A stretch of 64,000 nucleotides of DNA from Basidiobolus meristosporus CBS 931.73 (Eukaryota; Fungi; Basidiobolomycota). Of this stretch, positions 11,816-22,971 are shown piece after piece. Where the stretch lies: the NCBI GenBank assembly GCA_002104905.1, contig MCFE01000324.1, forward strand, positions 1 to 64,000. The letters run 5' to 3'. Positions within the stretch are counted from its first letter, which is position 1; every line of letters begins with the position of its first letter. The position numbers and the translations under genes were made by a program. The notes under the pieces are model-generated. The model was not told where the DNA came from, did not search any database, and saw only the letters and a list, made by a program, of their open reading frames with translations.

Positions 11816-13370
11816 GCAGAGACACTTATTGAATGGGCTTAATGTTGATGTTGCCCATAAGGACCCCCTGATAAAATATCTGCTTGTCTTCTGTGAGCCT
11901 TGTATCTGAGATATTAAGAGTGGCTGTTTTTGAGATAGTTGGAGTTCAACTGGTATTATGAAGGCATTTTTGTGGGCCTTTGATCAAGTTCTTTCCTATG
12001 GATATTGAGGAATATAGCTTAGCATCTTGATGCATAGTGGGCCTGTGGCCTCATCTACAGTTTTAGAGTAACTCTGTCTTTGACCTTTCTTTAGGAACCA
12101 ATATTTTATATACTGGGTAAATGCTCAGAAAGGTCCAAGGCATGGACTTAGAAGGTGCACAATTTTTTGCATCCAGAGCATGTCACATTGAGTTGATATG
12201 TAAAAAGGTGATTGTAGCCAGGCAGTTGGGATTTGGAGACTATTGTGTCAGTGGTGACATTGATGTAGTATTGAGGTATAATAAAAGTTTCCCACACCAG
12301 TTATTCCTCTAAGGATCTTACAAGGCATGTTTTTTTGCCAGACTTCCTGCTGATACAAGCTTATGAAATGATTTCATAATATGGTGATTATTGTTCCCCT
12401 TTAATATATTCAGTATAGATACATAGCCACCTAGCAAGTGAGAATAAAGACCATGACTATCTAATAACACTATTGCAAACTCTGTATCCAATACTCACTG
12501 TTATATTAGCTTATTTACATAAGTTATTGTGTATGTGTATCCTCAAGCAGTTGCTGGTGAGAAGCATAGGCTAGATTTGTTGGTGCTCATTTGTAACCTG
12601 AACTCTACTCATTAAACTGCCAAGCAAAGGCAATCAAAGTAAACACGTACCATTATTTTATCATGCTAACAACAATTGTGAATTGCTGTACGATTCAATG
12701 GTAATCCAGGTTGTCCATCTTGATAGCACATAAAGACAAATAACTAAACACAAGTATTGTGTACCACAAAAGGAGTGGTTTGGGTATATTTGAGTTGCAC
12801 TGCGATTATATAAAGTGCCTTGTATCCGTTATTTTGTTTGTGTAAAATACGCAGGTGCGATGAGGATACTGTCACTGATTTGAGGAACACTTGGACTCCG
12901 CACTGTCAGAGCTAGGCTTCAACATGGTTTGTAATAGGGCATCGGTACTGTGTATATAGCAGGTAATGACAGTGAGTACCTATTGCAAAAAAAGGAAGCC
13001 GTAGTTGCCACCTGGAGTACGTGACTTGCTATTAACACCAAAGCCCTCGTGTATATCTTGCAAACCAGAGCTCCAGTCTTGTTTACATAGAAGCATATGT
13101 CATCTTGAGACAAACACGGCACAAAATTCAGCATGGTGTGTATGTCATGATGATGTCAACGGATGTTTGCCATTGATATTGGGTTATTTCAAGCCACAAT
13201 CGTACGCGAGATAACCCAGTTTTGGTCAAGTAATTATAAGTAGTTATGGCAATTTCCGGATTTTGCCCTTGCCCGACCACATGGACCATATGTGCATCGA
13301 TGGAATGGTTTTCCTAATTTGGAAAGCAGTCTGGTTTGGTTGCTCGTGCTTTTATAAATAAACAAACGCT

Positions 13371-13475
13371 ATGAAAAAGCCATTCATGCATGCACTTAAA
13401 TTTTCCCTTGTTATCCTGTTTTCCTTTGCTCTAAAAGCGCTTGCTAAAGGCGGAGGTGGGGGTGGGGGTGGGAGT

Positions 13476-13510
<35 letters not shown>

Positions 13511-14612
13511 TTTTGTTGGTGGGGGTGGTTTTAGTGGTGGTGGCTCATCTGGAAAATCTAAGATGCCGGTCTGGGCCGTAATTCTTATAATACTCGGGCC
13601 ATTCTTTCTGCTTTTCATTTGTTCGTGCTGTTGTACAGCATGGAAAAAGAGAAATAGAACCCCAAGGCAAAGACCATCTCTCCGCCTACATTCCGTTGGC
13701 TCGCATACCAATGAATCATTACCAGTAGGCTCGCATACCAATGAATCATTACCAGCTTACACTGTAGACCACGAGAATGATAGCATTCCACCAACACTAC
13801 CTCCACCTGTGTATGTCAACGTACTCCCTGATACGTCGCCTAATCACCATTACTCGACCAACAATGCTACCAGAAAGCAATTCGAGGCTGGCTTGAGATT
13901 TAGTCAAGACTTTCCACCATCCATCAGCCCGCCCAGTCTGGAGGAACTCAATTTCCTGGGATATTACAAACACTTGGCGTTGAGTCACTGGCTGATCAGC
14001 CCACTGCTGGATGATTATGTATCCACCACCTCCTCGAAGACTTCCCACACTCAGGCAAGCATCCGCTTTCACCCGCAGGGCAATGACCTATCTATTCAGA
14101 CACAACTCCCACTTCCAGCATCAATAACCGATGCACTTCTGCGGGACACCATATGCCAAGATTCGGAACATCCACTGGAGAGTATCACATCTATATCGTA
14201 TTTCGAGGTGACAATCTTGGCAAAGCCTAAGCCCAATACCGTATTTGCTATTGGCTTGGCAACCAGGCCCTACCCGCACTTCAGACTACCAGGATGGAAT
14301 ATCTATAGTGTTGGCTACCATTCGGATGACGGACGTAGGTATGTAGATGACGGGTATGGTGGACGCGACTATTCAAGGCCATTTGGTGTAGGGGATATTG
14401 TCGGCTGTGGATATGACCGTACCACTGGCAGTGTCTTTTTCACCAGGAATGGGGTGCATCTTGGTATTGCACGGCAAGGAATGTGGCACCTGGTGTTCCC
14501 TACGCTTGGCGCAGATGGTGATGCTAAAGTGCGAGTCAACTTTGGTGAGACTCCCTTTAAATACTCCCTTTCAACCTCGTCAACTCGGGAGGGAATGGCC
14601 GGTACTAAATAG
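13371..14612 (+). CDS. Type I membrane SPRY-domain protein (Ssh4/Ear1-like Rsp5 adaptor) with poly-Gly ectodomain
   Basis: Intronless 413 aa ORF: signal peptide, Gly tract, TM helix, CSCCC, LPAY and PPVY motifs, SPRY core (YFEVTI..IGLAT..LPGW..SVGYHSDDG..GDIVGCG..VFFTRNG). Confidence 0.88.
13695..13754 (+). repeat. In-frame 30-bp tandem duplication (VGSHTNESLP x2)
   Basis: Two copies with 1 mismatch. Confidence 0.95.
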
Positions 14613-15589
14613 GAAAGTCACACAATGAATGTATAGCAAGACTTGAAATTGAATAAATTAGTAGATCTGAGAACTGTAGTCAAGCTTAATGCAAGGATTT
14701 GGCTAGGATGGCTTAGGTATTCAACTTCAAAAAACATCGATGAGCCCTGGGTATGAATCCGAATTGGCCGTATTGTTCCGCAATGGATATCCAAAATCTC
14801 TCGCAAGTTGAGTGGGATAGCTACATCAGAAACCACGCCCAATTGAGCCATTTGTAGGCTTGGTTTAACCAACGGTTCCAATCCAACTCTCAACCTGCTT
14901 TCTGTGTTATATAGTTCAGCTTGGAAAATCGTAACCTCTGTTGACATGAAAACTCCTGTGTGGAATAATGAAAGTGCACTAGATATCCTTGACTCCACAA
15001 TGTTGTTCTGGTCAAACTATAATACAGAGACACTCAGCTGCGGGGTTACAAAGCTATCATCAGCAGTGAGAGTCCTCTAATGCATAGTTTGAAATTGACT
15101 GGACTATTTCTTATTATTTCCGTATAGTGAGGAGCTAAATGTCTTGGGCACTACTAGCACTGGACCAGCAAAATCTCACCAAGTAGGGATATAAATACTG
15201 ACTCAACTGGGTTTGTCATAACAATCTATTTTTAATTCCACCTACTTCAGTAAGCAGCAAAATACATCAAACAACTCTAACTAAGCTGGTCAGCTACTTC
15301 TGCTGGGTATATATTTAATTATGTCCTTCATGTTCAATGTAATCCTACCAATAGACCATTTATTTGAAAGAATATATGCTTTTGGGTTGCATCAAGCACT
15401 TATAACTTGCAGATGCTTCATCAAGTTTATGTCAAATTCTATTTGTATAACTTCTGGATTGCTATCTTGAATATAATTAGATAGGCCTAATCTACTAGTT
15501 TGCCACTACTTATTATGAAAGAGTATGTGCCAGAGTAGTAGCTAAGACACATGATATATGCCATCTTCAACTGTACATATAGCCTAAGC

Positions 15590-15934
15590 TGTTGTAAAAG
15601 TTTGTAATTCCACATAAATATTCACCTAACTTAGTCACATCAATCATTACCTTCAAACCCTAGAGAATACTGACCAAATTCCCAGTTGGGACTTAGAATA
15701 TTTTCACCAAAATATCAGGTACCCAGAGCATGAGAATTCTCAACATTGTCCAAACAGCCCCAAACTTTGCACACATGTTCTTGGGACCTTTCTAAACCTA
15801 CTCTAAGTGTTCTTTATGCCAAGACCATGTAAAAAGATAAATACTACTTTTACATTCAATCAATCATTAGGTGAAAACCACATATTCTACTTGTCCTCCC
15901 AATCACTTCCAATATCTCCAAGACTCTTACAACA
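15590..15934 (+). repeat. Solo LTR-A
   Basis: TGTTGTAA..TTACAACA; near-TSD TAAGC/TAAAC. Confidence 0.92.
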
Positions 15935-16335
15935 TAAACTTGGCTTCTTCAGATGCTCTATCAATACAACAAGCCGTAACAGAGTTTTGTACACATTAGT
16001 TTGATAATACTTAGTATAGTTGTCTGACTTGCAATGGGAGCTCTAGACAACAGCAGCTCTTTTGTGCATGAGGAATTACAAGCAAGTGCCTATTTGATAA
16101 TGTGACAGTAATGGAATACTTGTCTCTGCTGTCCAGGCAAGAAAACTCTTTATAGGTTGGACAGATATGAGCCCTGCAGCTCTAGTGCAAATAGGCTTCT
16201 ATCAATCTGCCAGCAGAGCTGTAGATGTATAAACTTAGAAATCTTGGCTGCTGGTTATAGTGAAAAACTCACAGATATAAAGTTCAGATTATTACTTTAA
16301 ACTAGTTGAAGCATATCTGAGATTTATTATAAATC

Positions 16336-16681
16336 TGTTATAAGAATCTTAGAGATATTGGTAGTGATTGGGAGAGCTAGTACACTATGTAGTCATTACG
16401 CAATACTTCATTGAACTTCAAAATAGTATTATACTTTTACATACGCTTGGCAAAACAAACATGCTAAATATGCCCAGGAGGGTACCATGAATATGTGTGC
16501 AAGGTTTGAGGTTGTTTTGACAACTAGGAGACTTCTTGTGCTCAGAATAGCTGATATACTGATTAAAATGTTGCAAATAAATCCAACAAGGAATCTGGGC
16601 AAAATTCACCACTATTCATACACCAAAATCCAAGTGACTAAGTTAGGTGAATATTGAGATGTAATTACAAAATCTACAGCA
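16336..16681 (-). repeat. Diverged solo LTR (same family), reverse orientation
   Basis: Reverse complement aligns to LTR-A over ~346 bp; flanks AAATC/AGACC. Confidence 0.8.
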
Positions 16682-17150
16682 AGACCTACCAATAGAAGAG
16701 TGCAGACTAGCAGTAGCCAAATGGAGTCTAACTATTTAGTAGCTAAAAGTTGCAGATGTTAAGAAACTTCATATTTTTGGAAGAAAAGTATTAGTGAGCA
16801 GTGTTCACTTCTAATCTGCTGTACCTGGTATGTAGTATCTGACTTTTAACTACTTTGCATCTCACTGGCATCTTAAGGTTTAGCTTTTCCCATTTTTGTG
16901 GATCTTTCCCTTAATCCCCAAGAAAGAATATTAAGAAAAGGCCATCAGAATCCCATCACACTATTATCAGAATTCCACAAATCTCTTAACTTACAACTCT
17001 CAATATCTCAGGTACTAGCTCTTTGGCAGACAAGCAGACATATTTTCTGGGAGGAGACCAGGCCAACCAGCATCTGCACCAAATTTGGTAATCATCTACT
17101 CTCCACATGCAACAAAATTGCAACTAAAAATGGTAGAAAAAACATCAGCT

Positions 17151-17204
17151 GAATGCCAGCAAAATACCATTGAAATGCCAGTAAAATACCATTGAAATGC
17201 CAGT
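17151..17204. repeat. 22-bp tandem repeat (~2.5 copies)
   Basis: AAAATACCATTGAAATGCCAGT repeated. Confidence 0.85.
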
Positions 17205-17941
17205 AGTCTAACAGTAAATAATTAAATGAATTCAAAGTTTGTGATTTTTGATAGGGAATACAGCAAGTTGCTGCAAACCTAGTGGGAGTGATTAGCCATC
17301 CTAATCAAACCTAGGCTCTGTTATCAATGCAATATTGGAGCAAATATTCAGAGTCTTCAAAGGAGTTTCAAGGTCTACTTTGAGTATATCTTGTAAGATT
17401 TAGAGTATGACTAACTGTATTATTCTATGTGTCCCATCACAGAGTTGACTGTCACCTGTTACTTCTTCAAGATATACTTACACCCAATAGCTAAATGAAA
17501 GCACCAACTATATGTTGGAGGTATGTGCTTGTTTTCCTATCCAATGTATCTTCCAGTTTGTGGATACATTGTATAAGTATAATGGGGTGAGTAGTGAGCC
17601 AACCTAACTGAAGCTATTGACTTCCCAATATTGATGCAGCTAAGCAGAGTGTTTATGCAAAATATTAGATAAGGACTGCATATGGTATACTGTAGACTTT
17701 ATATAGTTATCTTTCATCCAATTTTTTTGGCACAACTATTCTAGAAGTTGGTGAGCTGACTATGAAGTCAATATGTTGCAATCTAAATCTTTAATTAATG
17801 ATTCATAATTTGGCAATAAGTTAAATAGAGTGTGAAGGTGTACCAATGGCTTAGGTGTAAACTAGATATTTGCAGCAGGGAAGGCTTATCCTGTGGTGGA
17901 TCTTTTGTCTATATGGCTTGATAACTGACTTGCATCACAGC

Positions 17942-18288
17942 AGTTGTAAGAGTTTAGAAGAAATTACAAGTGATTTGAAGAACAAGCAGATTATGTGGTT
18001 ATCACTTCATGATACATTGAATGTGAAATAGTATTCATACTTCAAGATAGTCTTGGCAAAACAGACACATAAAATATGCTTAGGAAGATCCCAAGAACAT
18101 GTGTGCAAAGTTTGGGACTGTTTGGACCACTTGAGGATGTCACATGATCTGGGTGGTTGATATTTTGGTGAAAGCATTCCAAGTAAATCCCAACAAGGAA
18201 CTTGGGAAGAATTCTCTAAGATTTGTAGACTATGATCCAAGTGACTAAGTTAAGTGAGTATTTAGGTGTGATTTCAAAATCCAAATAT
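17942..18288 (-). repeat. Diverged solo LTR, reverse orientation; marks the edge of the repeat block
   Basis: Reverse complement aligns to LTR-A; termini degraded; no TSD found. Confidence 0.8.
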
Positions 18289-18533
18289 CTTTTGATGCCC
18301 ACCAGCTCCCTACCAGGCGTCAAATCAACTTCCAGAGTCTTTCGAGTGATAAAAATCAATTTCCTATGATGTATGTATGGTGGTGATTTCAAGACCAACA
18401 CGCCTGGCTTGGTGGTCGGGATGACGTCATGAAGGTTGATTCATTTGGGTGCGTCAAGCGGGGTATGTATATTGGATTCGACCAAAACGAGACGATTTAA
18501 ATATCAGTAGGCAAGTAGGATGATTCAGGATAG

Positions 18534-19598
18534 ATGTTATTGAAGCAAAGACCCCACATCACCAGAACCGGGCTTGGCTTCACCAAATGCTTACATGACC
18601 GGGCCAGGGTGGGTAAGTCTGGCGAGAGGTTGAAAAGCCACGAACCTGAGGCGGAGAAGAAGACGTTTCTTCAGGGGGAATACTGGGTACGTCCCATCTA
18701 CCTGGCACCCAGAAACCCCATCGCACTGTGCCACGGCCTGTTCGGCTTCGACACACTCGGTCCACAGCTGATACCCGACCTCCAAATCCATTACTGGCGT
18801 GGCATCCCCGAGGCCCTGCAGCAGCTTGGAGCCCGGGTGTTCGTCACCAAAGTTTCTAGCATCGGAAGCATCCACGACCGTGCTCTGGCCCTTGACAAGG
18901 TCTTGCAGGGGACGTTGGACAAAGGCAAGGAACAAGTCAATCTGATCGGACATTCGATGGGTGGGTTGGATGCGCGTTACCTTGTCGCCCACATCCAACC
19001 ACAGCACTACCGGGTTGCCTCGGTGACAACGGTGGGTACCCCGCATCATGGAAGCACCTTCATGGATTTCTGCCGGGACTACACTGGCCTGGGTAGGTTG
19101 GAGCAGAAGATCACCGAGAAGGCGGCCAGCGAGGAGGCGGGGCCAAGAAAGCCGCCAACCACTTCGGAAGGATGGCTTGGCTTTTCCGGGCTATTCGCCA
19201 GCTCCGTGCTTCGTTGGCACGGTTTCTGGAAATACGCGAAGAGCTGCCTGGATTACCCAGCGTATTCGAACCTGACGACGGACTACCTGAGGGACCATTT
19301 CAATCCGAATACTCCGGATAACCCCGCGGTGCAGTACTTCTCATACGCAGGCGATCCCGAGCGAATGTCGATATTCTCCCCACTCCGTGGTCCTTGGGAG
19401 GTCATCCGCGCTCGGGAGGGCCCGAACGACGGGCTAGTTAGTGTGAAGTCTGCGCAGTGGGGCCAGCTGGTGGAGACGGTCCCTGCCAACCATCTGGACC
19501 TGAGCAACGTGTGGAAGCCACGGTTCACCTCCCCCACCTTCGACCCCATTGAGTTCTACCTGCGCATGGCAACCTTTTTGAATAGACAAGGGCTGTAG
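18534..19598 (+). CDS. TGL2: Triacylglycerol lipase (alpha/beta hydrolase, Tgl2-like)
   Basis: PIALCHGLFG, GHSMGGLDARY nucleophile elbow, NDGLVSV, HLD; intronless 354 aa. Confidence 0.85.
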   Translation: MLLKQRPHITRTGLGFTKCLHDRARVGKSGERLKSHEPEAEKKTFLQGEYWVRPIYLAPRNPIALCHGLFGFDTLGPQLIPDLQIHYWRGIPEALQQLGARVFVTKVSSIGSIHDRALALDKVLQGTLDKGKEQVNLIGHSMGGLDARYLVAHIQPQHYRVASVTTVGTPHHGSTFMDFCRDYTGLGRLEQKITEKAASEEAGPRKPPTTSEGWLGFSGLFASSVLRWHGFWKYAKSCLDYPAYSNLTTDYLRDHFNPNTPDNPAVQYFSYAGDPERMSIFSPLRGPWEVIRAREGPNDGLVSVKSAQWGQLVETVPANHLDLSNVWKPRFTSPTFDPIEFYLRMATFLNRQGL

Positions 19599-19685
19599 AT
19601 GAGTGGAATAAAGTGGGATGACCGAAATGCGGTTGACAAATCATTTATTGTTGTAGAATAGCACATTGACCATCGCGCGTGCGAC

Positions 19686-20237
19686 CTATTGACGGCTGGC
19701 GACCAATCTCTTGCGGGCCAACTGGCGCTTGTTGAGCTTGGGGGACTTGCCGTCATCCTCGCGCTTGACGGTAGCCTCTTCCTCGGAAACGATGATCTCG
19801 ATGTGGCAAGGGCTGCTCATGTAGGGGTTGATTCTACCGTGAGCGCGGTAGGTACGTCTGCGTTGCTTGGGGGCTTGGTTGACTTGGACATGCTTGATGA
19901 CCAACTCCTCGAGGGTCAATCCCTTGTTCTCAGCGTTGCTTTCGGCGTTCTTGAGGAGACCCAAGAGGAACTCGGCACTCTTGACGGGCCAGCGACCCTT
20001 GGTAGTTCCGAAAGCCTTGGCTTGGGCACAACGGCCGATTCCTCCGGCGAAACGACGGAAGGGAATGCATTGCTTGTGTGCCTTGACATCCTCAAGATAT
20101 GTGATGGCCTTTTGCAACTTCATGCCGGTGATGGCGGCAGCAGCCTCACGGGTGTTCTTGAAGTGGACACGAAGGTAAGAACCACGGGTTTGAGCAGACT
20201 TGGCGCTGTTGGCAGGGGTGGCGGAGTATCTAACCAT
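19686..20237 (-). CDS. RPL17: 60S ribosomal protein L17 (uL22)
   Basis: [41 protein letters not shown]; strong codon bias; intronless. Confidence 0.98.
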   Translation of the reverse strand: MVRYSATPANSAKSAQTRGSYLRVHFKNTREAAAAITGMKLQKAITYLEDVKAHKQCIPFRRFAGGIGRCAQAKAFGTTKGRWPVKSAEFLLGLLKNAESNAENKGLTLEELVIKHVQVNQAPKQRRRTYRAHGRINPYMSSPCHIEIIVSEEEATVKREDDGKSPKLNKRQLARKRLVASRQ

Positions 20238-20603
20238 ATTGAAACGTCTGACCTAGCGAAGAGTGGTTAGTAAGGGTGGTTCGAGGCATGTGGATGGATG
20301 AATGGGGTCGGGCGATAGATGAATGGTGACTGCCCCGTGGAAAATCTGGTTGATGGGATGGACCGAGGAATCGTATCATTACCTACAAGACTATGCTCCG
20401 GAACCGGAAAGAGAACGAGGGAATAGCGATTTCCGCGACTATATCTGAACGTCGAGAAATTTTCTGTAGGCTAAGTGGCTCGGTTGCGCTATTCATTTAA
20501 CCCGCTTTGATCAAGGTTGATTAACTTTTATTCACCTTCTGTTTTCCTTATCTCCACCGGAGTAGACGTACCCTCTTCGCAACCCCTCCTCTACGCCTTC
20601 ACT

Positions 20604-21949
20604 ATGGATCCTTTCTCACTCCATGCTTGGGACGACGTCACCCCTATAAAACAGGACGACGGCCCGAATCCCTTGGCGCCCATCGCCTATGCTGCGGACT
20701 GTAGGGCTCTTTCTGCCATGTTTCCGGTGGCTTACTGATACTTACGTGTTGACAACAATCACTTAGATGTGCAGGCCATGGATTATTACCGTGCGCTGGC
20801 CAAGGTCGAGGAAATCTCCCAGCGGGCGCTGGATTTAACCTCATACATTATCGAGATGAACCCGGCACACTACACAATCTGGTAAAGATAGTCACCCAGC
20901 CGGACGAGCCCAACCTGAACTCTCAACCTCTCTTCCCTGCAGGATCTATCGCGAGAAGCTGCTATTTTCCTTGGGTAAGGATCTGTCGGAAGAGTTGGAC
21001 TACATCGACGAGTTCGCCGAAGAGAACCCAAAATGCTATCAATTGTGGTAGGTTGCAAGGGACGGGGACTCCCTTCTCCCGTTGCGGCATGTTGCTCAGC
21101 TGTTGTTCTGTAGGCACCATCGTCAAGCTGTGGTGGACAAACTTGGGGACCCCAGTAGAGAGCTCAACTTCGTCAACGGAATCTTGGCCGAGGACTCGAA
21201 GAACTATCATGCATGGAGTTACAGGTCAGCCACCCCACGGAGACTTGTCTGACACAAATGTGATGGCTAACAAGTGGTCCACGTCCAGACAATGGATCAA
21301 CATTCGATTCGCACTGTGGGACCAAGAGCTGAGCGATATCGATTCACTGCTTACCTCGGACGTCAGAAACAACTCGGCTTGGAACCAAAGATACTTTGTC
21401 CTTACAAACAGGCCAAACAAGCTTTCTTTGGAAACGATCGAAGCCGAGATCGCGTTAGTGTTTTGCCGCTTTGCCAGGTTCCCCTTCCAGCCCCAACTAA
21501 CGGCTCGTAACCCTTTAGCTATACTATTTCCAAAATCCGCCTGGCTCCTCACAACGAGAGCCCCTGGGTGTTCCTTCGAGGGTAACATGGCCAACATCCG
21601 ATCGACCTCATTGATTCCTAATCCAGCCGCCTTTCTCTTTAGTATCATTGACTACACGGGCTACGACGGCTCCCAGGTTATCTTGGACCTCTGCCAAGAG
21701 TTGAAGGATTCGCAATCCCCCTACATGTTCGGCGCCTTGGTGGACGTGTGCGAGAAGAAAGCTCGTGTCGGGGACAAGCCATCGTTGGATCTGGCCGTCG
21801 CGGTAAGTAGCCCCAGACATCCCCACGTAAAAGATTCGAGGCTAATCTGGCTCATATAGACCTGCGAGAAGCTTGCCAAGCACTTTGACATCATTAGAAA
21901 GAACTTCTGGCTCTACAAAAAAGAGCAGCTACTATCCATCGCCTGTTAG
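20604..21949 (+). CDS. RAM2: Protein farnesyltransferase/geranylgeranyltransferase-I alpha subunit (multi-exon)
   Basis: WDDVTPIKQDDGPNPLAPIAY; PFTA repeats (NPAHYTIW, KNYHAW, DVRNNSAWNQRYF); GT-AG introns. Confidence 0.92.
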
Positions 21950-22971
21950 CTCCTCAAATGCAAATAAACACTTGCCTTGTACCATCAAAGCACCATTTCC
22001 CCAAATGTACCCGGGTATCGTGGCAGCCAACACTGGCACCGACACCGACACCACCACCACCACCACCTCGCCTCACCTTACTTCACCCCTACGCTCGCTG
22101 CATTTGGTTAGTCATGATCTGGCCCAACTAGGATATATTGTACCGAGCAGCGTCGCTTGCTCAAATCCAAGTAATAAATCGATCCGCACCATCTCTGAAG
22201 CCTAGCTCAGCCACAGCGGCCAGCAGATCGATAACGCACATCATCTACTTACGGGAAGGAGAACGGGATGCGGTTGTCAACGCATCAAACAACCAACAAC
22301 CAGATGTTGAGCAGGGATGTTTCGATCTCCCACTGATCCGCTCAGCAAATGCTATCAAATGAAATCGGCGAGTGCGAGATCCCGTGACCTGAATCAATCA
22401 ATCAGTGGGGTGTATCAGGTGCGAGTATCTGGGCCTATTTATGATCAACCCAAATCATGCAGCTGAGACCTTAATGCACACGTGCGAAACATGATCAAAT
22501 CCCAGTGAAGCGCAGATGAAATATAGCCAAAAGTGAGGGCTGGTGAGCATTATTCACCGTTCCCACTTACCACTTCCCACAATTCGATACGCTACACAGG
22601 GCCATCCCCTGAGAACAAGATCAGCTCATCCCCAAAGGACTGACCACCAACGCACCCAGAGGGACGCGTAGCAACAAGGATGCTTTGTCCAGACTAGGAG
22701 TCTATCAAAGGGATCGCTTGGGATCATTCGATTTAAAAGGTGATCCGATAACATCTCGCAGTGAAAACGGGACTGAATTGGTTGCGACTCCACCCCACCT
22801 CAGTATATATCATCCCTTGGATCCTGATTTGATTTCCATGCACCTATAAAAGCGACAGGAGCTCGTTGTGTGAATGATTGTTGTGCAAGTAGTTCCTAGA
22901 CTTCCTTTTAAGCGACTATCCGCCCACACATCACACCCCTTGAGTTGCTTAGTCGACCTACTTAATTTCAC

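Noticed and set aside
12270-12310. Minus-strand GITGVG(K)TF Walker A-like string
   Set aside because: Needs a frameshift, and no Walker B or other NTPase context follows.
13352-13741. Antisense poly-proline ORF
   Set aside because: Mirror of the poly-Gly codons of the SPRY gene.
14618-14998. 126-aa minus-strand ORF
   Set aside because: No recognisable motif, signal or codon bias; overlaps the 3' flank of the SPRY gene.
4991-15934. Recurrent short ORFs MEYFHQNTRYP.../..PRPCKSI.. (4991, 8764, 10621, 15807)
   Set aside because: They lie inside LTR copies and start at TTG/GTG; their recurrence only reflects LTR homology.
1-18290. RIP as the cause of TE decay
   Set aside because: CpA/TpG remain abundant; the missing dinucleotide is CpG.
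19686-20237. Intronless RPL17 as a processed pseudogene
   Set aside because: Intact ORF, strong codon bias, AATAAA downstream, and no genomic poly(A) or TSD.
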